Shown: positions 1 to 11,304, numbered from the stretch's first letter. The stretch: 64,000 nt of DNA from Minisyncoccota bacterium (GCA_041675085.1 JBAYUN010000002.1:79967-143966), one strand, 5' to 3'. A program made the numbers and translations. Notes: generated from the sequence alone by a model not told the origin.

Positions 1-288
1 ATTGCGTTCTGGTATGTAGACCTCAAAATTCGGATATTTTATTTTTTTAAATAAATCCGAAAGTATCACAGCACCTGGAATACCATCGCAATCATAGTCC
101 GTGTAAATAACAATCTTTTCATTATTTTTTATAGCATCAAAAATCCTAACACAAGACTTCTCCATATCTCTCATTAAAAAAGGATCAAAAAAATCTGTCT
201 CATAGAGCGGATTTAAGAAAGATTCTATTTCATCTTTATTTATCAATCCCCTTTTATTCAATAACTGTGTCAAAAATTCACTGTGCAT
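1..288 (-). CDS. recJ: ssDNA-specific exonuclease RecJ, N-terminal part (runs off window)
   Basis: Manual translation MHSEFLTQLLNKRG...DPFLMRDMEK...IVIYTDYDCDGIPG...YIPERN; DHH motif I (DYDxDG). Confidence 0.9.
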   Translation of the reverse strand, partial: MHSEFLTQLLNKRGLINKDEIESFLNPLYETDFFDPFLMRDMEKSCVRIFDAIKNNEKIVIYTDYDCDGIPGAVILSDLFKKIKYPNFEVYIPERN

Positions 289-328
289 ATATAAATGCAA
301 TTTTAACACATAATGTTATAATATACGC

Positions 329-709
329 ATGAAGGATAACTGTATTTTTTGCAAAATAGTTATTGGTAGTCTTCCAAGCAATAAAGTCTATGAAGACGAA
401 TACTTTTTAGCATTCTTAGATATCAATCCTCTCGGACCCGGACATGTACAAGTAATACCTAAAAAACATTTTCGTTATGTTTGGGACTTGCCTAGTCAAG
501 AATCTATCCCTGGCAATATCCGAGACTATTTCGCTATAGTTCAGAAAATAGCTACCGCTCAAAAGAAAGCTTTCAACGCAGACATAATCCGTAGTCAGAT
601 ATACGGAGAAGAAGTCGAACACGCTCACGTTTGGATCTGGCCTGAGACTCCTGGCAACTCTACGAACTTTACAGAAAACCGAGACAAAATAAAAAATGCA
701 TTAAATTAA
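329..709 (+). CDS. HIT family hydrolase
   Basis: CIFCKI, AFLDINP, GHVQVIPK, HAHVW triad-like motif. Confidence 0.9.
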   Translation: MKDNCIFCKIVIGSLPSNKVYEDEYFLAFLDINPLGPGHVQVIPKKHFRYVWDLPSQESIPGNIRDYFAIVQKIATAQKKAFNADIIRSQIYGEEVEHAHVWIWPETPGNSTNFTENRDKIKNALN

Positions 710-750
710 AAACCTTCAATATTATTGAAGGTTTTTAATTTACTATTTCT

Positions 751-1815
751 TTATTTCAAAGCCTTAATTCCAGGCAAAGTACCTTTGGCTAGGAAGTCTA
801 ACGTCGCTCCGCCTCCCGTGGAAACAAAACTAAATTTATTCTCTAATTTCATTTTCGAGATAAGGGCTACTGTATCCCCTCCACCTATAATACTAATAGC
901 TTTTGAATTACCCACACTCTTTAAAATTTTCTTAGAAGCTATATCTCCTCCCTTTTCATACATACCCAAAGGCCCGTTCCAAAGGATTAATTTTGCTTTA
1001 TTGATATAAGATTCTAAATTCTTCACAGACTCAACTCCGACATCTAGAATAATATCATTTTTCAAAACTGCATCAGTCTTCACATTGACTAGTTTGCCTT
1101 CTCTTTCTACGACAACATCAGTCGGTAATATTAATTTCTTATTCTTTAAGAGAGATTTGATATTATAATTTGTTCCGTCAATGAGTGACTTGCCTACTTC
1201 TAATCCTTTAGCTTTTAGAAAATCATTAAGCAAGGCTCCTCCGATAAATACAGAATCGGCAGTATTTAGATACTTCTTAATCAAAGGCATTTTAGTAGAG
1301 AACTTTGCTCCACCTAGAATAAAAAGAAAAGGGTGTTTTGGCTTGGCAAAAGGCAGACTCAGATTCTTCACTTCTTCTTCCAATTGAAATCCTGCATAAG
1401 AAGGTAAAAGTTTTGGAATCCCTACGATAGATGCATGAGCTCTATGGGCTACAGAGAAAGCGTCGTTGACATAGAAGTCCCCCAAACTTGCAAACTCTTT
1501 GGCGAGAGTCTTGTCGTTATGCTCTTCTCCTTCAAAAATACGTATGTTTGGTGAGAATATCACATCTTTTTTAGACATTTTAGACAACCTAAAGAATTCT
1601 TTGACTACAGGTGTGATATCACTACTACCGTCTTTACCTAAATGCATTAAGATCAAAACCTTGGCACCTTTATCTACTAAATACTTAATAGTAGGTATAC
1701 CTTTTTTAATCCTAAAATTATCTACCACCTTTCCCGAGGAGATAGGCACATTAAAATCAACTCTAACAATTATTTTTTTATTTTTTATTTTTTTTAAACT
1801 TTTTATATTTTGCAT
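751..1815 (-). CDS. pgk: Phosphoglycerate kinase
   Basis: VRVDFNVP, NDAFSVAHR, WNGPLG, STGGGA motifs. Confidence 0.97.
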   Translation of the reverse strand: MQNIKSLKKIKNKKIIVRVDFNVPISSGKVVDNFRIKKGIPTIKYLVDKGAKVLILMHLGKDGSSDITPVVKEFFRLSKMSKKDVIFSPNIRIFEGEEHNDKTLAKEFASLGDFYVNDAFSVAHRAHASIVGIPKLLPSYAGFQLEEEVKNLSLPFAKPKHPFLFILGGAKFSTKMPLIKKYLNTADSVFIGGALLNDFLKAKGLEVGKSLIDGTNYNIKSLLKNKKLILPTDVVVEREGKLVNVKTDAVLKNDIILDVGVESVKNLESYINKAKLILWNGPLGMYEKGGDIASKKILKSVGNSKAISIIGGGDTVALISKMKLENKFSFVSTGGGATLDFLAKGTLPGIKALK

Positions 1816-1826
1816 ATTAAATAATA

Positions 1827-2597
1827 TTAAATGAAGTCTTCTGTAATTTTAATAATCTCACTAAACTTTTTAGCATTCAAACTATCTCTCCCAACTAGGA
1901 AGCCTTGACTATCACCTTCCTTCAAGAAATCATAAGCATTCTCTGGATGCACTGAACCACCATAAATGATTCGAATCTTGGATATATTTTTTGCACCAAA
2001 TTTATCTGTAAGTATTTTCTTTATTAAAATAGAGATTTCTCTAAATTCTAAAGATGTGGCTTGACGGAGTGCGTCTTGACCAATGGCCCAGACAGGCTCA
2101 TAAGCAATCACTAGGTTATTTAAAGTATTTTTATTTATCCCGCTCAAGCATTCTTCTACCTGAGACTTAATCACATTTAAATATTCATGATTCTCATCTC
2201 TATCTTTTTCTCCCACACACAATATCGGAGTAATACTATTTGGAATAAGTTTTAATTTCTTGTTTATGACTATGTTATTTTCACCGAGCTCTCTTCTTTC
2301 AGAATGACCTAAAATAATATATTTTACTCCTAAACTATTAAGCATATCAATACTAACTTCCCCAGTATAAGCACCATTACGTGAGATAGAATTTTCTGAA
2401 AAAACATTCTGAGCACCGAGCACACTTCTCTTTGAGACTTTACGTAAACTTTCTAAATAAATATATGGTACGCAAAAAGCAATTTCTATTTTTTTAATTT
2501 TGGAAGTACTAGATAATACTTCTTTAAATAGCCTTACAGCTTCTTTAGAAGTGACAGGGTTCATTTTCCAATTACCAATAATTATTTTCTTTTTCAT
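1827..2597 (-). CDS. tpiA: Triosephosphate isomerase
   Basis: GNWKMN, GHSERR, AYEPVWAIG; start set at ATG 2597, 6 nt after TGTTATAAT. Confidence 0.97.
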   Translation of the reverse strand: MKKKIIIGNWKMNPVTSKEAVRLFKEVLSSTSKIKKIEIAFCVPYIYLESLRKVSKRSVLGAQNVFSENSISRNGAYTGEVSIDMLNSLGVKYIILGHSERRELGENNIVINKKLKLIPNSITPILCVGEKDRDENHEYLNVIKSQVEECLSGINKNTLNNLVIAYEPVWAIGQDALRQATSLEFREISILIKKILTDKFGAKNISKIRIIYGGSVHPENAYDFLKEGDSQGFLVGRDSLNAKKFSEIIKITEDFI

Positions 2598-2618
2598 TAA
2601 ATAATTATAACACAAAAA

Positions 2619-4379
2619 TTATTCTTCCTTCCAAGATGATATATTCCAAGACCCTGAGGGACCTGAAGAAAAATTATTGTCAGTTAATCCTGACTCATAA
2701 GTAATACTAGCTCCCCCTGTGACGGTTAATTTATAAGCTGTAGCTTCTTTCAATGAGGCTCCTCCTGTGGCAACCATAGTACCATTGTGAGCATAAGCTA
2801 TAGTTGATCCCGCTCCTCCATTAATAGTAAATGCGTTCGTTCCGCTATTTGTAGTAAGTAACATTAAATAGCTACCAGTAGTTCCTGAACCTGTAGCACT
2901 ACCTCCGCCAGAGACTGAGATAATACCATCAGCAACAACCACTCCATCATTTGTACCATACGAAGAATCGAGCTTTATCTTGCCTCCACCATTTAAAGTA
3001 ATATCACCAGTAACCCACAAATTACCAGTTAGATTTAATATACCACCACTAGAAACACTCAGATTCCCATTGATTTTCCTTGGACCGAGAGTAGCCCCAG
3101 CCCAACCAACACTATAATTACCATTATATATTTCACCAGCTTCAGCCTCTTCTTTCCAGCCTTCTATATTTGCCTCAGAAACAGGAAATTCTATATAGAC
3201 TGGGTCAGTGCCTGATGTACAACTTTTATTATTATTGACTCCACTTTGGCAATAAATAGTACCACCCGCATTTACGAAATTTACAGTATTGGCTTTGACT
3301 AATCCACCAATACTCAATCTATTATGTTGATCAACTCCGGTAATTCGTCCATTCACACCACCTAAATAAACTTTAAAAAAATAATCTAAGCCTGACGGAG
3401 TTGTATTAGACCAAGAATTTCCCTGACGTCCTATTTTAGCTAAACCGAAAGAATAAGAATTACCAAATGCACCTATCGTATAATAATTGCTAGCATTAGT
3501 GCCAGTATCAACAACAAGCCAATAAGTAGTATTAGTTTGCAATAATGGATTAGTTGTAAAAGATACACCTATCCAACCATAAGAAGTTGTAACTGAGCTA
3601 GAAGATAATGTACCAGTAGCCAGTATTGTACTCCCAGGAGCACCACTAGAATCATTACGAATAGTTACAGTCCCACCACTAGGATTGCCAACTTTTTTTA
3701 TATAGAGTTCAACCTTATTTAAAGGCAAAGTATCATTTGTAATTTCAAAACTCTGAGCAACGTCTTGTGTTCCATTACTATTAGCAAATACAACATCATA
3801 AGTAGGAGTACCTGAGCCGTTGGATTGATTGGCTGTTAGTCCTGGGCTATTTGCAGAGATAGCGCTCCCGCTGATATTATTAGAACCTGATGTAGTTGAA
3901 GTAATTGGTCCATTGGCATAAACATTACCGTTAATTGCGCCACTGTCTAGATGTATTCCTCCAGCACCTACCTGTACTCCATAATTAAAACTCACACCCA
4001 CATCAGTCTCTAAATCTACAGCTAAGGTTCTATTGTAGTCAGATACATCACCCAAAGAGGTAATACTTTTTTCATTCGCTGAAGGAGTCGAAATATTAGT
4101 TGTGACGGTATTACTATTTAACGACAAAATTTCTTCTGAATCTATTGTCATATTGTTTTTAATTCTATAGATAGCATCTTCTACTCCTGATTCAGCTAAA
4201 AATAAACTTTGCTTAGACTTAATTAAATCATTGGAATTTTTAAAAATTTTCACAGAAGGAGAAACAATACCAGACACAGAAGCCAGTGAAATAAACAAAA
4301 AAAATAAAGTAGAAATTATCATTGCATTACCTTTATTTCTTTTATGTAAAAAATTATTTTTATAATATTTGAATTTCAT
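2619..4379 (-). CDS. PilX-like minor pilin with large Gly/Ser/Asn-rich extracellular beta domain
   Basis: KG-hydrophobic N-terminus, LAESGVEDA motif, C-terminal SWKE, pil cluster context. Confidence 0.75.
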   Translation of the reverse strand: MKFKYYKNNFLHKRNKGNAMIISTLFFLFISLASVSGIVSPSVKIFKNSNDLIKSKQSLFLAESGVEDAIYRIKNNMTIDSEEILSLNSNTVTTNISTPSANEKSITSLGDVSDYNRTLAVDLETDVGVSFNYGVQVGAGGIHLDSGAINGNVYANGPITSTTSGSNNISGSAISANSPGLTANQSNGSGTPTYDVVFANSNGTQDVAQSFEITNDTLPLNKVELYIKKVGNPSGGTVTIRNDSSGAPGSTILATGTLSSSSVTTSYGWIGVSFTTNPLLQTNTTYWLVVDTGTNASNYYTIGAFGNSYSFGLAKIGRQGNSWSNTTPSGLDYFFKVYLGGVNGRITGVDQHNRLSIGGLVKANTVNFVNAGGTIYCQSGVNNNKSCTSGTDPVYIEFPVSEANIEGWKEEAEAGEIYNGNYSVGWAGATLGPRKINGNLSVSSGGILNLTGNLWVTGDITLNGGGKIKLDSSYGTNDGVVVADGIISVSGGGSATGSGTTGSYLMLLTTNSGTNAFTINGGAGSTIAYAHNGTMVATGGASLKEATAYKLTVTGGASITYESGLTDNNFSSGPSGSWNISSWKEE

Positions 4380-4396
4380 TTTATTTTAAAGAATAT

Positions 4397-4939
4397 CTAA
4401 TAATTACTTCTCAAGACAATAGTATTGTAAAAAGTCTCAGTTCTTGAAAAACCAAAATAAATCGTCTGTAAAGTTAACTCTAGTTTAATAACCTGACTAG
4501 CTAAAGGCACCACATTATTTGCTTCGTAATTAGCCGAACCTCGAATATGTCCTAAAGAAGTCACAGAAAAATCTAACACTTTGGTTCTTTTACCAGTTAA
4601 CGAAGCTGATAATTGATCATCTTCATACAAGTTTAAACCATTACCATATTGCAAAAATTCAATAGTATGGTCAGCACCATTAATATCTTTCTTGCTTAAT
4701 TTAATACTAGACTCAGACATACTAACAATACCTTCTGAGTTTTTAATCTCTCTAGCAATATTTTCTATAATCTGTGCATGCTGCTTCAAGTTGTGATTTA
4801 CAAAATTTTCCTTAAAACTAGAAATCATTAAAAAGGTTGAATTCATAACCAACACCACGGTAACTGCAAAAATAGCTACATAAAAAACAACCTCAATCAA
4901 ACTATTACCTTTATTAAATTTTTTAAAAAAAATAATCAT
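4397..4939 (-). CDS. Type IV minor pilin
   Basis: Prepilin site KG/NSLIEVV plus hydrophobic helix. Confidence 0.85.
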   Translation of the reverse strand: MIIFFKKFNKGNSLIEVVFYVAIFAVTVVLVMNSTFLMISSFKENFVNHNLKQHAQIIENIAREIKNSEGIVSMSESSIKLSKKDINGADHTIEFLQYGNGLNLYEDDQLSASLTGKRTKVLDFSVTSLGHIRGSANYEANNVVPLASQVIKLELTLQTIYFGFSRTETFYNTIVLRSNY

Positions 4940-5427
4940 TATGAAAATATATCACTAATATAAACTGAGACACTCTTTGTCTTAAGACTTGCTCCTTCTT
5001 GCCAAGACACAGTAACCACCACGAGTTTGGTACCATTATCATTTACACCACCAGTATCAATATCTTGAGTAGTTGTGTTTCTATTAACGTTGAAAAAAGT
5101 AATCTTACGTGTAAAACCATCTATAGTATTAGGTGTAGTAGTAAAATACCAACCATTATGACTAGTATCATATTCAATATAATAATCAGTATTTACACTC
5201 AAACTAGTAATATTACTCCAGCTCGAATCTCTAAATGCTCTAACGATTTCTACTCCCTCTTCTAAAAAGAAAGATGCTTTAGTGGTATTTAATGATTGTC
5301 TTGATATGGCGATGGCTTTTTGAGCAAGACCAGAAAAAGATACAACAGAAACAGAAATAATAAAAACAGAAATTAATACTTCTACTAAAAGAAAACCTTT
5401 ATTTTGTTTTTGCTTAAAATATTTCAT
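4939..5427 (-). CDS. Type IV minor pilin (PilV-like)
   Basis: KG/FLLVEVL prepilin motif, VTVSW C-terminal motif; start set at ATG 5427. Confidence 0.85.
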   Translation of the reverse strand: MKYFKQKQNKGFLLVEVLISVFIISVSVVSFSGLAQKAIAISRQSLNTTKASFFLEEGVEIVRAFRDSSWSNITSLSVNTDYYIEYDTSHNGWYFTTTPNTIDGFTRKITFFNVNRNTTTQDIDTGGVNDNGTKLVVVTVSWQEGASLKTKSVSVYISDIFS

Positions 5428-5437
5428 TTTATTGACC

Positions 5438-5950
5438 TCAATCTTTACTTGCACCATTAAGAATAGTAATAACACCAAAAGGTTCTATGTGTATATTTTT
5501 TGTAGTTTTATGATTTTCAATGCTTAGATTTAATGATCCAACTCCACTCACTTGATTTGTTAATCTATGAAAATAAATTTGATCTGTGGGGTCACCATTT
5601 TCACCAGAGCCCGGTGCTGTGATTTCACTCAAATCTAATTCTAGGGTAACACCAGGATCTAGATTTAGTATTTCAAGATTACTATCTTCTGCGTCATATA
5701 CTGTACCCTCAAATAAAGTTACAGAATTATTTGTAAAATAGACACCGTATGATTCTCCGTTTAAAGAATTGGAAGTTTGATTTTTAGCTTTTTCAATTAA
5801 TGAAATAATATTACTTACGTTAGCAATAAGTATTTGATTTTTGCGTAATTTGGAAAACTCAGGTAAAGCAATAGATATCAAAAGCATCAAAATAGCTATA
5901 ACAACAAGTATCTCTATTAATGTAAAAGCTTTTTGATAAAAGAATTTCAT
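5438..5950 (-). CDS. Type IV minor pilin (FimT/GspH-like)
   Basis: KA/FTLIEILVVIAI prepilin motif. Confidence 0.88.
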   Translation of the reverse strand: MKFFYQKAFTLIEILVVIAILMLLISIALPEFSKLRKNQILIANVSNIISLIEKAKNQTSNSLNGESYGVYFTNNSVTLFEGTVYDAEDSNLEILNLDPGVTLELDLSEITAPGSGENGDPTDQIYFHRLTNQVSGVGSLNLSIENHKTTKNIHIEPFGVITILNGASKD

Positions 5951-5954
5951 ACTC

Positions 5955-7172
5955 TTATTGTATATTATTCAAGACTGAATACAAAGGTGTGATCATGGAT
6001 ATTGCAAAGAAACCTACTCCTCCTCCGATAACAACCATCAAAATCGGTTCGATAATAGTAGATAAATCTTTAGTTTTATTTTCTATTTCTTCTTCATAAA
6101 AAGCTGCGACTTCGAGCAACATGTCGGAGAGCTTACCAGTCTCCTCTCCTACTTGTATCATCTCAGACATCATCACAGGATACAGTTGAGAATTTTCGGA
6201 AAAGACTTCTGAGAAAGGCGAACCTTTTTCTATTCTACTTCTGACCTCTACTAAAGTTTTCTTATAGTACAAATTTTGTACAACGTTTTCAGTAATCTCA
6301 ATAGCCCGAGTAATAGATACTCCAGCGAGTAATAGAGAAGATATAGTGCGAGCTGTACGAGCAGTATTTAATTCTTTTGCCATAGTACCAATAACTGGTA
6401 ATTTTAAAACCACAAAATCAATATACTTGGCCATAAAACGTGCACGGAAAAGAAAGAACAAACCTGCCCCCAAAGCAATAACGAGCAATAAAGACAATAT
6501 CAAATATTCAGAAAAGAAATTACCCATAGCTATTATGAATTGAGTAGTAGATGGCAATTGTACACCTAATTCTTTAAAGGTTCCCGCTAAAGTCGGCACC
6601 ACATAAGCAAACATTAGAATTCCTATCAAAACCATAGCTGACATAATAACTCCAGGGTAGATCATGGCTCCTTTGATTTTCTTTGTTAGAGCGTTGGCCT
6701 TAGAAAGGTTCATGCCTATTTCATTTAAAGATGAGGATAGATTACCTGACTCCTCTCCAGCAGAAGTCATCGAGGTAAATAAAGAAGAGAAGACTTTTGG
6801 ATGCTTATTGAGTCCAGAAGACAAAGTCCCTCCACCTTCAACTTCATTTATCAACTCAATAATAATTTTTTTAAATTTTGCATTTTTGGTCTGCTTTTCC
6901 AAAACAGATAAAGCTCGAGCCAGAGATAATCCAGCTTTCAACATTCCACTTAGATTTTTTGTAAAAATTATCAACTCTGAAGTTTTGACTCTACTAAAAA
7001 TCATCTCAACCATTTGATTTAGATTAAAAGAAGAAGTATTTTTTTGTTTTACAAAAATTGGGGTATTGCCTTTTGACCTCAAATCGCGAGACGCAGAAAA
7101 ACGATCTGAGGCTTCTATTTCCCCTTCCAATATCTCTCCTGTCTTTGATTTTATTTTATATGAAAAAAGCAT
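5955..7172 (-). CDS. pilC: Type IV pilus platform protein PilC (GspF family)
   Basis: GEESGNL, AMIYP, GEETGKL, IEP motifs. Confidence 0.93.
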   Translation of the reverse strand: MLFSYKIKSKTGEILEGEIEASDRFSASRDLRSKGNTPIFVKQKNTSSFNLNQMVEMIFSRVKTSELIIFTKNLSGMLKAGLSLARALSVLEKQTKNAKFKKIIIELINEVEGGGTLSSGLNKHPKVFSSLFTSMTSAGEESGNLSSSLNEIGMNLSKANALTKKIKGAMIYPGVIMSAMVLIGILMFAYVVPTLAGTFKELGVQLPSTTQFIIAMGNFFSEYLILSLLLVIALGAGLFFLFRARFMAKYIDFVVLKLPVIGTMAKELNTARTARTISSLLLAGVSITRAIEITENVVQNLYYKKTLVEVRSRIEKGSPFSEVFSENSQLYPVMMSEMIQVGEETGKLSDMLLEVAAFYEEEIENKTKDLSTIIEPILMVVIGGGVGFFAISMITPLYSVLNNIQ

Positions 7173-7175
7173 ATG

Positions 7176-8915
7176 TTATTCTGAAACTACACGGAAAACT
7201 TCTTCGATAGAAGTATTACCTAAGACTGCTTGAAATACTCCGTCTTCTATCATAGTCATCATTCCTTCTTTTTTAGCTTGCTCTTCTATTTCGTCTTGAG
7301 AACTACCTTTTATTATCAATTCACGTATAGCTAGACTTACTTTTAAAACTTCATGGATACCAACACGCCCAGAATATCCATCAGTGCTACCCTCAGGTAC
7401 TCGATAAAAAGGGATAGTTTTCCAAGTCGCATTTTCTTCGACTGCTTTTTCAGATATCAAGAATTTCATCATTCTATCTAAGTCTATAATTTTTTCTAAA
7501 CTTTTAATCTCAGCATCGCTCAAGAAATATTTTTGTTTTGTGCTAGTCAGACGTCTCACAAGTCTTTGCGCAATAATAATTCTCAAAGTAGAAACTATCA
7601 AGAAAGGCAAAACTCCCATATCCATAAATCTAGGTATTGCTCCAGCAGCAGAGTTGGTGTGAATGGTAGATAACACCAAGTGACCAGTAAGGGATGCATT
7701 AATCGCAATAGAAGCAGTCTCGCCGTCGCGAATCTCTCCTACCATAACGATGTCCGGATCCTGACGAAGCAAAGAACGGAGTCCAGAGGCGAAAGTGAAG
7801 CCAATATCAGGTTTGACTTGAGTTTGGTTTACACGTGGCATTTGATACTCTACCGGGTCTTCTACAGTAGAGATATTTACTTCTGGTTTATTCAACATGT
7901 CGAGCATGGTATACAAAGTTGTTGTCTTTCCAGATCCAGTAGGACCAGTAGCGAGCACCATGCCTGTTTTTTGTTTTAAAGATTCATAAATAAGCTCTAA
8001 TCCTTCACCATGGAAACCAAGCCCTTCGAGTGAAAAACCATGAGCATTTTCCCTCAATATTCTAATAACAGTTTTTTCTCCAAAGAAAGTCGGCAATGTA
8101 GAAACACGGAAAGAAACCTTGTCGCCATTTTGTTCTATTTTAAATCTACCGTCTTGAGGCAATCTTTTTTCGTCGAGCTTTAGATTGGACAAAACTTTAA
8201 TACGAGCGGTAATACCGGAACCTGCATTTTTATCAAGGACCATCGCATCATGTAAAATACCGTCGATACGATATCTGACAGTGAGGTTTACTTCACCGGG
8301 TTCTATATGGATATCAGAAGCATTTTGCAAAATAGCATGAGAGATGAGAGAATCTACGATTTTTACAATCGGTAAATCTTCTGCCATTTCTTTTAACTCG
8401 GCTTCAGACTTCTCCCCTTCTTCTTTAGAAATTTTTAAAGAGATACTTTCTTTTTGAATGATATTTGAAAATTCTGCTTGCAGACTTTTCTTATACTGCA
8501 TCAAAGCGGATTTGATAGAAGCCGTATCAGTCAAACGAGGTAAAATCTTAAGACCAGAACGCTTCTTGATAAAATCAATCACAGGTAAATCATCTACATC
8601 AAGCATAGCTACTTCGAGCGCATTTTCTTTTCTTTTGTAGGCAATAATATTGTAGTTGTGAGCAATAGGCTCAGGTATCAAAGACAAAACATCTAATACT
8701 ATTTTCTCATCATGCAAACTAATAAAAGGAATACCTAAAACAAAAGCCTCCATTCTTTTCAAGTCTGTTTCCGATATTTTATTTTGGGATAAAAGTAAAT
8801 CTGTCCAACGAGTCTTTTTATCTTCGGATTCTTTAATAATATCTTCAAGATCGCTCTTGTTTACGAGTTTAGATTCTAAAATAAATTTCTTTAATTGATC
8901 TTCATTTATTTGCAT
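7176..8915 (-). CDS. pilB: Type IV pilus assembly ATPase PilB (GspE family)
   Basis: ASDIHIEP, PQDGR, GPTGSGKTTT, LRQDPD, TGHLVLSTIH. Confidence 0.93.
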   Translation of the reverse strand: MQINEDQLKKFILESKLVNKSDLEDIIKESEDKKTRWTDLLLSQNKISETDLKRMEAFVLGIPFISLHDEKIVLDVLSLIPEPIAHNYNIIAYKRKENALEVAMLDVDDLPVIDFIKKRSGLKILPRLTDTASIKSALMQYKKSLQAEFSNIIQKESISLKISKEEGEKSEAELKEMAEDLPIVKIVDSLISHAILQNASDIHIEPGEVNLTVRYRIDGILHDAMVLDKNAGSGITARIKVLSNLKLDEKRLPQDGRFKIEQNGDKVSFRVSTLPTFFGEKTVIRILRENAHGFSLEGLGFHGEGLELIYESLKQKTGMVLATGPTGSGKTTTLYTMLDMLNKPEVNISTVEDPVEYQMPRVNQTQVKPDIGFTFASGLRSLLRQDPDIVMVGEIRDGETASIAINASLTGHLVLSTIHTNSAAGAIPRFMDMGVLPFLIVSTLRIIIAQRLVRRLTSTKQKYFLSDAEIKSLEKIIDLDRMMKFLISEKAVEENATWKTIPFYRVPEGSTDGYSGRVGIHEVLKVSLAIRELIIKGSSQDEIEEQAKKEGMMTMIEDGVFQAVLGNTSIEEVFRVVSE

Positions 8916-8953
8916 ACATATATTATAGCAAATAAAATCTTTTTAACTAAAAT

Positions 8954-11266
8954 TTAAATCACAGAATTGTTGATTTTATTTTCTGGTTTATTGTATAAAT
9001 TCTTTTTACGCAAGAAATATTTCAAAATTTCATTCATAAATATATAGACTAATGTCATTGTGAGCAAAACTGACAAAGTATTGTTGGACAAAGGAGCAAA
9101 TTTGAAAATCGAAGCTAGTCCGTTTTGGTAAATTAATACAAAAGGCATAATGAAAGCGAGCACAACTCCAATAGTCAAAGGCATAGACACAGGAGGAGAT
9201 TTCCATAAAGGTCGAGATGAGCGTATCGACAAGATTAGAGCAAGTTCAGCAAATACTGAGAACAAGAACCAACCCGTTTGAAATTCTGCCACTCCAGCAC
9301 CTTTATACATTTGGAAATAAAACAAATCAAACATACTAGATATCAAACCGAAAGCCAAAACGCGTTTTAGTATTTTCTTTGGCTCAAAATGTGGTACATG
9401 AGACAAAGCGTATTTGTCTGGATTGTCTGTAATGATGAGCATTAGAGGCAAATCAGTGAGTAAATTATTTAACAATATTTGAATTGGTAGCATTGGCAAA
9501 ACAGGATAAAAGAACGAAGCAATAATCAGAGAGAAAAAGGTTCCTGCATTCCCTGCTAATGTATACATGATATAAGTCAGGATATTACGCAAAGCCTTTC
9601 TACCCATATCTACACTTTTTAAAACTGGGAATAAATCTTTTTCTAATAAAATAATATCTGCAGATTCTTTGGCTATATCTGTCGCATTGTCTACTGCTAT
9701 ACCTATATCGGCACGCTTTAAAGCTAAAGCGTCATTGATACCATCACCCAAGAAAGCCACAGGGCCGAGAGCTATATATCTATCCATGAGCTCGAGCTTG
9801 TTTACTGGGGTGCATTTTGCAAAGACCAAAGCTTTCAATAAATCCTCATCTGTCAGGTCTTTGACTTCGATTTTATCTAGAGAGAAAATATTTTCTCTAC
9901 TACAAGGAATTTTTAATTCCTCTATCACACTCTGTGCTACTTCGCTAGAATCTCCTGTGAGTATTTTTACATCAATACCTTTTTCTTTAGCGAGATTAAA
10001 AGATTCGAGTGAGCTCGGCTTGACTGGATCATAAAATGCAACAAAGCCAGCGAATTCCCAAACTCCCCCCATACTCCAGGCTACACCCATAACTCTCATA
10101 CCCTTGCTCTCGTAAACATGAGCAGACTCCAAAATCCCAGCTACGGATTTTGAATTTTTGCATTCAGCTAAAACTTTATTTAAAATTCCACGAATCACTT
10201 TGACTCCACCTTCTAAAACAAAAACTTCATATCCAGACTCATGAGTAAACTGAGTAAAGTCCAATATCTTTTTTGGATTGGTTTTAATCTTACCAACAGA
10301 AGAATTCAAGGCTCCGTCATAAGCAATATCCAAAGGTGTCCTCTCGTACTCACCCTCTGATACAGAATTAGACATCTCCCAAAAATTAGATTGATCAAAA
10401 ACATAAGACACTCGCAATTTATTTTCAGTTATGGTACCAGTCTTGTCAGTCAATAAAAATCTCAAAGCTCCAATACTCTCAAGAGAAGAAAGTCTTTTGA
10501 CGATAACTTTATTTTTCGCCAACAACACAGACTCACGAGTGAGAATAATAGTAATGATCAAAGGCAACATTTCTGGAACTACTCCTACCAACATTGCGAT
10601 AGCAAATACAAAGAAATGAGCTAGATCGTATTTACCAAGAACGAAAACCAAAAGAAACATAGCTATCAACAAAGTCACAAGCGAAATAATAAAAATATAC
10701 TTGATGACCTTTTCTGTAAACTCGTTGAAACTACTCCATTTTTTAACTTCCTCTAATTTTTCTTTATATTTTGCCACAGAAGAATCAGCCTGTAAGGCTA
10801 CTACATGTGCGACTATCTTCCCGCCCGAGACTATCGCTCCAGCAAAAAGATTGTCCCCCATTTTTACCTCTTTGGACATAGTCTCTCCAGTTCGCACCGA
10901 ATCGTCCACAAAAGCATTCACTGATTCAATAACAGAAACATCAACAGGCACGATAGACCCAGCGATAAAATGAACAATATCGCCTACCACTAATTCATTA
11001 CCATTCACCTGTATAAGTTTCCCTTCTCTAAATACATAGACTTTAGTCTGAACCAAATGCAATAATTTTTCTGTAGCTTTTGAAGCTTTAAATTCTTGAT
11101 ATAAATCCAGAAAGGTATTTATTAAAATAATCACCACTATGATTATCCCGTCCAATTTCTCTCCAGCAAAAAAAGAAACGAAAGCCGAAACAACAAGCAA
11201 GATAAAAAACAAAGAAGAAACTTGCTTCTTTAGAATAGAAAGAATTAACTTAAAGTTTTCATTCAT
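8954..11266 (-). CDS. P-type cation-transporting ATPase (MgtA-like), compact
   Basis: TGE, PEMLP, DKTGT, TGD, GDGIND; PEMLP and the NAGTFFS/PMLPIQIL region resemble Mg2+ P3B ATPases. Confidence 0.85.
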   Translation of the reverse strand: MNENFKLILSILKKQVSSLFFILLVVSAFVSFFAGEKLDGIIIVVIILINTFLDLYQEFKASKATEKLLHLVQTKVYVFREGKLIQVNGNELVVGDIVHFIAGSIVPVDVSVIESVNAFVDDSVRTGETMSKEVKMGDNLFAGAIVSGGKIVAHVVALQADSSVAKYKEKLEEVKKWSSFNEFTEKVIKYIFIISLVTLLIAMFLLVFVLGKYDLAHFFVFAIAMLVGVVPEMLPLIITIILTRESVLLAKNKVIVKRLSSLESIGALRFLLTDKTGTITENKLRVSYVFDQSNFWEMSNSVSEGEYERTPLDIAYDGALNSSVGKIKTNPKKILDFTQFTHESGYEVFVLEGGVKVIRGILNKVLAECKNSKSVAGILESAHVYESKGMRVMGVAWSMGGVWEFAGFVAFYDPVKPSSLESFNLAKEKGIDVKILTGDSSEVAQSVIEELKIPCSRENIFSLDKIEVKDLTDEDLLKALVFAKCTPVNKLELMDRYIALGPVAFLGDGINDALALKRADIGIAVDNATDIAKESADIILLEKDLFPVLKSVDMGRKALRNILTYIMYTLAGNAGTFFSLIIASFFYPVLPMLPIQILLNNLLTDLPLMLIITDNPDKYALSHVPHFEPKKILKRVLAFGLISSMFDLFYFQMYKGAGVAEFQTGWFLFSVFAELALILSIRSSRPLWKSPPVSMPLTIGVVLAFIMPFVLIYQNGLASIFKFAPLSNNTLSVLLTMTLVYIFMNEILKYFLRKKNLYNKPENKINNSVI

Positions 11267-11304
11267 TACTTATATAATAGCAGAATAATTTATTTATTAG
11301 AAAT